From the human T2T-CHM13v2.0 reference genome, Homo sapiens: a stretch of DNA of 64,000 bases. Below the pieces are notes generated by a model that had not been told where the DNA came from, ran no database searches, and saw only the letters and a list, made by a program, of their open reading frames with translations. The stretch is from NCBI RefSeq assembly GCF_009914755.1, contig NC_060940.1; one strand, 5' to 3'. A program made the position numbers and the translations under genes. Below are positions 48,900 to 61,096 of the stretch, piece after piece (within the stretch, counting starts at the first letter, position 1; each line of letters opens with the position of its first letter).

Positions 48900-49450
48900 A
48901 AGTGAGATTAGAGCTGGGACGGTGGCCCGGAGCTGCTTCTCCAGTCCTAACGCCTAGAATCATGGGATGGAGATTCGTGTTAGTGCCCGACAGTCACACC
49001 CATGATACCCTCCTGCTGATGCGGAGGAAGAGACCTGAGGAGTTCCTCCGCAAACACTCTTACCCGTACTGCTAGATTTACACGGAGATCACCTAGCGAT
49101 ATGCAGTGGATATGGCCAGGCACATGGCCAAACCCCACCACTGGATCTCCACCGTTCACCAGTCCACTTGCCCCAGGAATGCGCAGGCGCTACCGGAAGC
49201 GGGCACCGGAAGTGGCTCGGCTCGTGGCTTCCGGTTCCTCACCAGTGTGCCGCTGTAGCGCAAGTCATCTCGTTGACACTTCCGCTGACCCGTGCAGTTG
49301 GTGGCCAAGCTGGAGACCCAGGATCTCCCTGAGGCCGCGCGAGGTCTTCTGGGAGTCCTACTCACCACATCCGCTACTCGGAATCCAAGCTTTAAGTGGC
49401 AACCCGTGCCAGGCAGTAGCTGCTCCGTGAAGACAGAGGTCCTTGCCCCT
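48900..49450. promoter_or_regulatory. Orphan CpG-rich promoter-like element, candidate ZNF597 3' DMR
   Basis: Local CpG cluster in AT-rich context; NRF1 TGCGCAGGCGC 49180-49190; ETS CCGGAAG 49193, CCGGAAGT 49206, CTTCCGG 49228; TGCCGC 49248-49253. Confidence 0.7.
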
Positions 49451-52400
49451 GTACTTCTGTGTACAGCAAAGACGAAAGGAAATTGAGGTCTAGCGCTAGC
49501 TTCCCAGAATGACCCAGAATTTTCTGCTGAGTTCCAGGGAGCAAGCGATTTTACTTCCCTTATTAAGTAGCACGAAGTCCTTCACTCTCTGTCTCTAAAC
49601 CAGAATCCTAACAGTCTTCAAAATTAACCTGATTGCCACCTAAAACCACGTATTTTTTTTAAAAAGTTCACTTCATTGCCATCATCATAAAATAGCATTT
49701 AATAGAAGCCAAATTGCACATTAGACGTAATCAATAACTTCAGAGCTTGCAAACTAGAGTGAAGACTGATGAGAATACGTCAAAAAGAGTAAGACCCAAA
49801 ACATTGAATAAACAGTATAAGTGTATACAATAAATAGAATTCTGAGGTATCCAAAGGAACTGGAGATTACAGCACATTCTTACGTTTACACAGAAGAATA
49901 TTTATATTGTATTCCCCCCCTACAGACTTAATGCAAAGAGGACTGTCAATTTTAAAAGACAAAACACCTGTACTACTTAGATGGGCCTTGGAAAGATGGG
50001 TAATGGTTATCTTTGAATCAGATCAATAGCTCTTCTAAATTACAAAACTAAACCAGATGAATACATACACTTCTAATGTAATGAACATCATTTTGTTAAA
50101 CAGATGGTCAAAGCAAATACACTTTCCTACTAAAATCCCACAGGGATAACAAGTTTAATGAACATTCAAAATAGACTATTCATATAAACTATAACCTGCT
50201 ATGTCTCCCTTTGTACACATAGGCAGTAAATTGCAGATTACTTTGATCAAACTCTGCAGTTTCAGATTGTATGACATCTTATGCTGCAGTCACTAGAACA
50301 TTGCCACTTAATTATATGGAAACTCAGGAGGCAAAGACTCAAAATGGCATTTGCTGTGAAATGTCATTTGAGTTTTAACTCCCTGAATTATTGGGTTAGT
50401 CATTTTCTATGTTAAATGAGGAGGTGTCAATAGACTACCACCTGTAGCAACAAAGCTCTAAATAAAACTATTCTGAGTCGACCTCATTCAAAACAACTAC
50501 ATTCCACAATTTCTTAAATTATAAAATGTAAACTGCTGACATCTGAATTCCATTGGAAAAATGCTGTTTTCATCAATGACGACTGTTTAAAAGACTGTTT
50601 AACTATTCCAGCAATCATGTTAAGGAACTGTTGGATATACATTTTCATCACTGCATCAACGACAAAAACGGAGAAATTTGTCTGAGTCAATTTATTCAGC
50701 ACAAAGTTTTCACTCTCATAGTGTGTTGATTTCCATACTGCAAAATGCAGTTAACCAATCATTCATAGCAATAAACTCTTGCATTTAGTTTTTCATTCCC
50801 ATATTAACTTTTATCCAGTATTTGTGAATAGCACCTAACATGGAAGGCTAGTATCTGAGTTAATGACAATTTTATGGAATTTATCTCCATCAGTTGACAC
50901 TGTAAACAGAAGGGTGAAATGCCATCATCATAAAAAGCCTGAAGCTCACCAGCAGATATATCTTTTCCTTCAATTCCCTGGGGGTAAAGCAGCTTGAATT
51001 ACATCTAGCAAATGTATTTAAGTACAACTGCACAATAAGCACAACTGAAAATATGCCTCTTTCACAGTAACTGACACTTCCGGGGTTTTCATTTTTTTCT
51101 GCATACTAATCATTAACAGTATTATACCAAAAAGCCATTTTAGTTCTACCCACACGTATGTTAATGTTTCTGAAAAGGGCTATTTTTTCTAATCTTTTAG
51201 GAAGTTTGTCGTAATCTTCCAAAATCTGGAGAAAACTGCAAAAAAAAAAATTAGAGGTTAATTGTGAAGGAAGACTCGTGTGGAAAGGCAAACTTCCATA
51301 TTAAGGTGCAGAACAGGATGTATGGCACAAATTCTCACTTTCTGCTATATTTTCTAGGAGCCAAAACAAAAATGACAGCATACATCTTTTATATCACCCC
51401 CATTCTGTCCAAGTGCCTTCTAAGATATTCCCCTCTACTTCTTTCTGCAGCAACTCTGCTAATCCAGACCTTTCCCAATTTCATCCCCCATCCTGTGACT
51501 CATTAGATCTTTGACTGAACTCTTAGGGCCCCTGATATGTGCTGATGAGGCTCCTGCCAGTTTCTCCCACTGAGGGCAGAAGCAGGAGAGCAAGGAGGTG
51601 GTGTTCTTGTTATTTAACAAAGGTCATGGTATCTCAGAGTTGCCTAATAAGTAATCTAACTGGAGACTATCTTTCTACACATTTCAAAGCACCTCAGAGA
51701 AACCTGGAAGCTGGTGTCCTGTCTCCTAAGAGTGGAGACATCAGAAACAAACAGCCAAAGTCTGACCTTGACATACAGAGCAGCACATTGTCTCAACTGT
51801 GGATCTGCAAACAAGAAACAAGACAAGAATGACAAAGAGAGAGAGAAACTCTCTCTGGGTTAGGGATGTTTTTGTTAGTTTCAGTTTTTCTCTCACCTGA
51901 ACAGTATCTTCCTGCCTCTACTCAGTAATAAGAGCTTAGCTGAGTAGCCAGCATTTTTTGTATATTTAGTCCTCAATCTGCTGTTCTGTAGGACCACCTT
52001 CTGCTACCTTCCATATAATTAGTCCTCAAGAGTCCTTTATCTTTTCTCCCAGCAAAAATTCCCAGCAACAATTCAATTTTAGCAAATATTGTACTTTTAT
52101 ACTGTCTATTTAAATAGAATGAGAGCATTCTTCCATCCTAATCAAAACCCATGTAAATATTGTTTTGCTGATAGGCATACAATCGACTTTAATGAGAAAT
52201 TGTATATGAATCTATATTTACAACATTCTGTGGTTCTTTAACATTAATAACCATACCATTTAATAATATTTTGCTCCAGTATTTATCTATAATAGCAATA
52301 TCTAAAGATCTATATATTATCAAGTATTTTGGTTAAAATCTAACAATTTTCTATATGCATTTTCTTTGGAGATGGAGAGGAAATGTTATGGGTGTTTTTT

Positions 52401-53688
52401 AAAAAACCAAAACCCAGTTAAGACCTTCAGTATTGTACTCTGCCAAGTGTGAAATCTCTCATCTGATTAGAGGGACAAGAATTCAAACCTGAAGTCCTGG
52501 AGAGTCTTCTGCTGCTTTGTAACTGTATATGTTAGTCAGGCTTTGGGTACAGCACAAAGGGAATGAAGGGGTTCCAGGATGCAAGCACACAGAATCGCCT
52601 CCATGAGGACCACCCTCACCTATCTCAGCTCCCCTTTCCCTGGCTGCCTGCAGTGCTACTACGTGGTGCAAATGCCAACAAATGCCGCAGTCTTGCAGAC
52701 TGCATGGCCTTTGGAGTCAGAGAAACCCAAGCTTAATGTCAGTTTCACCACAACGTGATTTGTGTGCTGGGCAAAGAACTGACTTTACCCTCTGAGGACT
52801 TCAGTTTCCTCGTTTATGAAACAAAGATTTTTTTTTCTCTGTCACAGATTCTGAAGATTAAATTACATAATATATCTAAAGTAGCTAGCATGCTCACTGA
52901 GAAACAATTACAATTATTCATAGTAAGACAGGTAATGTGCTTCAGTAGCAATTTGGAGGCAAATCTTAGAAAAGAGCAAGTACTTCTCCCCCTCCCCAAG
53001 TCAAGTCCAGCCTCCAGAAAAGGGCTGCAGTTAGACTTCCAAAACTCCTTGCAAACAATTGGGTCCTAAATGCCAGTATGTGCCCCTGGCATCAGAACCA
53101 TGACAGAGAACTCCGGATACTAATGGCCATCAAAATATAAACTAGTCTACCCATTTGGGAACTTTTACAGGGCAGAAAAAAACTTCTGAACGCCTGTGGG
53201 AATTCACATGTAGAACAGCAATCTTATACAAGTATTACATTCAAATAGTTATAGCAAAAAAAAGTATAAAACATATAAAAGCATTTACTTTCCTAGATAT
53301 GTCTGCAGAACTGGCAAAATATAAATAAATTCTCCTCCTTCTAAAAGTCAGAAACTACGTAAACAAAATTAAAATAACTTTAGCAAGAGCCTTCATTTTA
53401 ATGAAAATTGAATTTAAACAAAAGTTGTGTATCTTCTTCTGGCTCACAGTTGTACAGTAACTGAGTTCAAATCCTGGGTTCATTCACTAGTTTAGTGACA
53501 CGGATTTTGCATCCCTACTTATAAAATGGAAATGATACTGCCTAAATCAAGGTTGTGCTGAGAATTAAGTATTACATGGGAATGTGTGTAAAGTGCTTAG
53601 CACATTGCCTGGGACATATACAGTAACTGCTTCCCACCATACAGATACTGAAAAGCCCAATCACTAATAACAATTTGTTATATTTACT

Positions 53689-54803
53689 TTACGTGGTGTT
53701 TTTTATGTGAGTTCGCTTATGAGTAATGAGATGCAAATTCGACTTGAAAGTTTTCCCACACACGGTACATTTAAAAGGTTCCGCTAGCATGTGGCTCTTC
53801 TGGTGGCATGCAAGTTCTGAGTCCAAAGCAAAACTTTCCTCGCATGTTTTGCACTTATGGGGCCTTTCCTCTGTATGAATGTTCTGATGGGAAATAAGCT
53901 CAGAGAAACAAGGAAAGGTCATGTCACAGTCAGGACACTGTAAGGGCTTGAATTTTGAGAATGAGAAGAAATTGTCCCCATCATCGCTGCAGCGTTCAGA
54001 GTCCTCGTCGTGGCTCTTCTCGGAAAGGGCAGGATATAAGGACTGCCTGAAGCTCTTCATGCACTTAGTGTGCTGGTACTGGGGGCCTGATACGAATGTT
54101 TCCTCAGGCAAAGCAAGATTTGGTTTCTCATTAAAATGTTTATCACAGTTAGTAGATTCGTAGGTGTTTTCAGCACTGTGGCTTTTCTGATGCTGTGCCA
54201 ATCCTGGGAGCCACATAAAACCTCTACCACATATGCTACATGTATAGGGCTTCTCCTTTACGTGGCTATTCATGTGTCGGGATAGATGAGAGTGCTGGCG
54301 AAAGCTGGCACTGCACTTGGCACACTTATAAGGTTTCTCACCAGTATGGATTCTCCTGTGTGTCCTCAGGTTGGCTCTATGATTGAAGATCTTTCCACAG
54401 TCACCACATTTATGTTTTTTCTCTCCTGAATGAATTTTCTGATGCAAAACTAGGTATGAATGATCGCTGAAGTTTTGGTCACACTCAGGACATTTGTACA
54501 CATTTTTGGCTCCTTCCCAGGGAGAATCAAGAATTTCAGAAAGTGTGTTGGTTCCTAAATATTCAGAGAGTTCTACTAATGGGGTGTGGTTTTCAATGGT
54601 AACTAAAAGGCTGATGACCCTTCTCTTGTAAGTGGGAGTTCCACTTAATATTTTCGCTTCAGGGTTTCCAACTCCATCCTCAGAGGATTTTTCTGGGTAA
54701 GGGACAAGGGGTGCAGCAATGGGGTACTTTTCTAAGGCAAGCTCGTCAAGTTCCATAGACTCTAGGCTTAACTGCTGATTAATCTCAGGCTTGCCTTCCT
54801 CTC
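53689..54803 (-). CDS. ZNF597: ZNF597 last exon, 4+3 C2H2 fingers
   Basis: tttttatcaacag|GAGAGG; (G)EEGKPEINQQ...; 7 intact CxxC-x12-HxxxH fingers; stop at 53689-53691. Confidence 0.96.
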
Positions 54804-55610
54804 CTGTTGATAAAAACAAAAGAAAGCAAAACATAGACAATATCTTCAAGGGATACTGGGGAAAAAGTAAGCTAAGGTAGTTACAAACAGGACCAGGAAA
54901 CCTTAGAAGGGTTATTCTATAACCCAGACACTAACCACACAAAATCAGGACCAAGCAGACTCTCCTGGCCTCCCAGAAGATCCAGTTTTGGGTGAATATC
55001 CAAAGGTAAGGAGGAGAGAATAGCTATAACTAAGTCAGAGTCCAGTGGGATAGGTACTAAGGACAATCTCAGTAGCAGCTATCTAGAGGTGAACTTTTCC
55101 ATCTAATCTATTTAGGCCTCAAGAGCCTTTCATTTTTGAAGCTATCTCAAGTGACAGCAGAACAATTAACAATTGGAAAAAAGATTAGGATTCATATTTA
55201 TCAACAAAGAGAGGGGTTGGGCAGTGTCTCACGTCTGTAATCTCAGCACTTTGGGAAGCTGAGGTGGGAGCATCACTTGAGGCTAGGAGTTTGAGACCAG
55301 TCTGGGCAACACAGTGAGACCCCATCTGTACAAAAAATAATTTTTAAAAATTAGCCAGGCATGGTGGCACATGCCTATAGTCCTAGATACTCAGGAGGCT
55401 GAGACAGGAGGATCACTTGAGCTCAGGAGTTTGAGATGTGCCATTGCACTCCAGCCTAGGTGACAGAGCCAGAACTTGTTTCTTAAAAAAAAAAAAAAAA
55501 AAGATGACAGCAAGAATGAGTGGGAAAGAAAATAATTTTTAAAAAGAGGCTGGGCACGGTGGCTCACACCTGTGATCCCAGCACTTTGGGAGGCCGAGGC
55601 GGGTGGATCA

Positions 55611-56035
<425 letters not shown>

Positions 56036-56354
56036 CTACTTAAAAGAATGGCTGACAAAACTAACATTCCTGTGTAATATTTTCCAAGTATTCTTCAGTT
56101 ATAAAGCAAATATATCAATACAAAAGGAACTTTTCTTTCCAGAGAAACAAAGTTCTACAGTTTTCCCAACTCACTGACTAGAAAGGGCTGCAGTATAGTT
56201 CATGGGAATCCAAACAGTACCAAGTGGTTTTGCTGATTTGAGGGGACTGAGTTCAGAGATCAGGGATGCCAAGGCAGCTAGAATTTGAAAGCAAAACAGC
56301 AAAGAGGCAGCTGTTCAGAAAGAGAGCTCAGGTCATCTACATGGGGTCCCCTTA

Positions 56355-56765
<411 letters not shown>

Positions 56766-57283
56766 TCATGTTGCCTCCAGCCAAAGTGGAAAGACATAAG
56801 ACATTGAGCAGCAACGTCCACAGAAAAAAACTGCCTTAGCAGTAACTCAAATAAGTCCTAGCAGAAAGGTTGATCTGAACCTATCCTAACAAAGCAAAAA
56901 AAAAAAGCACACCTTGAAACAGTCAAACTGACTCCAAGTAACTTAACTGCCTCCCACAACAAAGTCCAAAATATTTTTAAAAATACAACGAAATCCCGGG
57001 TCCAACAACATAAAATTCTTAATCTAACATCCGACCAAAATTTACCCAGGAAGTAAAGAAAATATAGAAAATATAACCCATAACTAGAAGACAAATCAAT
57101 CAATAGAAACAGACCCAGAAATGACACCAATGTTAAAACTAGCAAGAAAAAAAAGTTTAAATAACCATTATAAATATACTCCATACATTTACGCAGACAG
57201 AAGACAACATGAACATGATGAAGAGAGAAGTGGAAGAAACAAAATATGAGTTATTCAGAATAACTAGTTACTCTAGTTATTTT

Positions 57284-57375
57284 TTTCTGACTAGGATTGA
57301 GTATCTCAACTATTCCAAACTATTTAGAATAACTACTTAGAATAGATAGTTTAGATACTCAATCCTAGTCAGAAA
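57284..57375. repeat. Inverted repeat, 30-bp arms with 1 mismatch, 32-nt spacer
   Basis: tttctgactaggattgagtatctcaactat (57284-57313) vs atagtttagatactcaatcctagtcagaaa (57346-57375). Confidence 0.95.
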
Positions 57376-57716
57376 TAAAATCTAGTCAGGCACAGGAGTC
57401 CATCTGTGTATGGTTCCCCTTAGGTGAGTAAGGCATAGCACCCCTTAAGAGTAAATCAATCTCCAGTCTTTAGCAAATGATAGTGATCGATACTAATGGG
57501 ATTTCCCAAGTAAAATTGTAAACTGCAACAAATGTTTGTGAAAGATTACCAAATACTGCCATCTCTTGTACTAAACCACAGGCACTGTACTAGACTGAAT
57601 TTTTGTCTTTAAGAAATCATCTCGGCCGGGCTCAGTGGCTCATGCCTGTAATCCCAGCACTTTGGGAGGCCGAGGCGGGTGATCACAAGGTCAGGAGATT
57701 GAGACCATCCTGGCTA

Positions 57717-57920
<204 letters not shown>

Positions 57921-58076
57921 TCATATTTTAAAACTTTTTCTCTCACACAATTATCACCTCCACATAAATTACTGAGGGACAGGTCCCACTCCACCATACC
58001 AACATCTGGATAAAGCATGAAGTTCTCCTCCTAGAATTGACAAAAGTTCCAGATGCAGGAAAAACAATTGCCTTAC

Positions 58077-58203
58077 CCATCAAAGCCGCATCCTCCAAAG
58101 ACTCTTTTGTACCATCTTTGCTGAGGGACCTCTGGGCAGGGTGCAGAGTCACGCACTCCTCTTGAGAAAAATACACAGCCAGATCCTCAAACAGTATTGG
58201 TCC
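58077..58203 (-). CDS. ZNF597: ZNF597 KRAB-A-like exon
   Basis: tttcag|GGACCA ... ATGG|gtaagg, 127 nt (the typical KRAB-A exon size); GPILFEDLAVYFSQEECVTLHPAQRSLSKDGTKESLEDAALM. Confidence 0.93.
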
Positions 58204-58795
58204 CTGAAACACAAGAGCCTGTGTCAGCACAAGAGGGTGGAGGGTCAGCCCCTCACTTAACCTAGGAAGGATGAAAAGAGCTAGAAACATCAGATGCACG
58301 GGATAAAAGGCTCGGTGTAAAAGGTTCTTGAGCGCAGAAGTAGGGCAAATGGGTTCTAAGGGGTGGGGTGAGGGTTGGGAAGAAGAGAGTAAACATGGAC
58401 ATACATTTTTAGGCAGTGGTACAAGGACGGTGGACTGTGAGAATTATTGTCTATCTTGAAAGAGAAAAGATGAGGGAACGGCTCTTAGGGAGGCAACCAT
58501 TAAGTGAGGATGCTCTAAGAAAAGGAGAGGTTTGGGGCCGGGTGTGGTGGCTCATGCCTGTAATCCCAACACTTTGGGAGTCTGAGGGGGATGCAGATGA
58601 CTTGAGGTCAGGTGTTCGAGACCAGCCTGGCCAATATGGTGAAACCCTGTCTCTACTAAAATTACAAAAATTAAGGCTGGGCACAGTGGCTCACGCCTGT
58701 AACCCCAGCACTTTGGAAGGTGGAGGCGAGTGGATCACCTGAGGTCAGGAGTTCAAGACCAGCCTGACCAACATGGTGAAATTCTGTCTGCACTA

Positions 58796-58954
<159 letters not shown>

Positions 58955-59029
58955 TCAAGCAGAGCTTGCAGTGAGCTGAGATCGCGCCACTGCACTCCAG
59001 CCTGGGCAACAGAGCGACACTCCATCTCA

Positions 59030-59245
<216 letters not shown>

Positions 59246-59757
59246 TCAAAAAAAAAAAAAAAAAGAAAAGAAAAGGAGAAAGTTGGGCAGCCCAGGAAGA
59301 ATCATAAAGAGATAAAGTTTACAGGATTCTCCCAACATCCTTCCCTTTGCTATTTCCTCTCGTCCCCATGACACTCATTGCTAAGCTCACTCCAGCACTT
59401 CATCCAGGCCTACCCCACCTTCTCTAACGGTGTGATAAATTAATCACTTGGGATTTATTATTACTCAACGAGTGTGGAGTCTAGAAATGTGCTTAATTTA
59501 AAAATTCATTCAAATTGGAGAAGTACCAAATCTGTAATTTTGGGAACCATTCCAGAAAGTCACTTTTAATCCTAGCACTTTGGGGAGCCGAGGTGGGAGG
59601 ATAGCTGAAGGCCAGGAGTTCCTTGGCAAAGCAGCAAGACTCCATCTCCATAAAGAAGTTTTAGGCCGGGCGCAGTGGCTCACACCTGTAATTCCAGCAC
59701 TTTGGGAGACCGAGGCGGGCGGATCACAAGGTCAGGAGATTGAGACCATCCTGGCTA

Positions 59758-60000
<243 letters not shown>

Positions 60001-60389
60001 TCAGATACTCGAGAGGCTGAGGCGTAAGGATTCCCTGAGTTCCAGACGGAGCTATGATATCAGCACTGCACTCCAGCCAGACAAGCAACACTCCAGCGAC
60101 AAGGCCAGACCCTATCTCCAAACAAAACAAAACAAACAGATAAGACATTGAGAAACTCTCTCAGAGATTCCTCCACAGGTCCCTGCTCCCAGTTGGTAGT
60201 TCTGAAAGAAGGAAGTTGGTAAACCATTATGTGTGTGGTCTTGGAACGAAGAACACTTGGTCAAAGGGCTATTTGGGGCTCAGGAGCACTCCTACCACAA
60301 CAGGCATGCCCAACTCTCCTCCAAAGGAGGGGGTCAGGCAGAGACCGAAAGCAGCAATAAACTTGGACGAAAAAGGTACCTCGACTCAC

Positions 60390-60422
60390 CTGGGCCTCGG
60401 GCGTCGGGGGCATGGACGCCAT
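60390..60422 (-). CDS. ZNF597: ZNF597 first coding segment
   Basis: ATG at 60422; MASMPPTPEAQ|gtgagt; acceptor cccccgcag at 60476. Spliced CDS 33+127+1115=1275 nt = 424 aa. Confidence 0.9.
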
Positions 60423-60628
60423 TTGGCGGGTGGGGAATGCCTTCTTCAAGACGCCACAGGGACTTCGTGACAAAGCTGCGGGGGGAGAGAACAGTTCTTA
60501 AAGGGACCAATTCCGCTGCCAAGTTCCTCCACTACCCCTAGCCTCCCTCGATTCCCTCCGAACCCCCCCTTAAAAACCTACGCCGACTGCTCCTCCTCTT
60601 GGCCCGGCCTCGAAAGGGGCCCACTTAC

Positions 60629-60790
60629 CGCTCCGCGGTTAATAACAGGCCTCGCGCTCCCTGACAGGAGCTGCAGAAAGCGACGCCCGACCGAGACGCG
60701 ACGAAGAACGCCACGGCCACTGCAAAACTCCCACGCTCTCATGCTCCTTTACGCAGGAGCTGCAGGAAAAGCCGCCGGAAGCGACCCGCC
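60629..60790 (-). other. ZNF597: ZNF597 non-coding exon 1 (5' end approximate)
   Basis: Consensus donor CG|GTAAGT at 60629/60628 in the CpG island. Confidence 0.7.
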
Positions 60791-60939
60791 CTCAGCCCTC
60801 TCCGCCATCCTGCCCTTTGATTGGTCGAAGTTCTCCCGAAGGGGAAGTCCTTCTTTTGTGTTGACCAATTGAACACCTTAACCGAGGACCTGTAGCCACT
60901 GGGCAGCTGCGAGAGGTAGTTTTCCTCCTTTTCTCTAAG

Positions 60940-61096
60940 CAACCATTTCCGCTTCCGCTGGCGGGGTCTCCTCCGTGAGCTCCGGGCCTGTTTGCCTGCT
61001 GAAGTAGAGTCTTAGGGTGACCCCAGGGGGACGTAATGTTTCCGAGAAGAAGGACAGAAAGAAGACTGGGAGACACCGGAACTCGAAAGAAAATCG
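60940..61096 (+). other. NAA60: Probable non-coding first exon of NAA60 (boundaries uncertain)
   Basis: Plus-strand side of the bidirectional island with candidate donor TCG|GTAACA at 61096/61097. Identity rests only on recalled synteny (NAA60 is head-to-head with ZNF597). Confidence 0.5.

Noticed and set aside
49248-49253. TGCCGC as proof of ZFP57-dependent imprinting
   Set aside because: A single hexamer also occurs elsewhere (e.g. ~18650 reverse, ~19409), so it is supporting context only.
49101-49486. ORFs of 109, 70 and 64 aa in the orphan island
   Set aside because: No recognisable domain; consistent with chance ORFs in GC-rich sequence.
54804-54849. ORF-track N-terminus MKILSMFCFLLFLST as a signal peptide on ZNF597
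   Set aside because: It is the intronic polypyrimidine tract upstream of the acceptor, with a non-ATG start.
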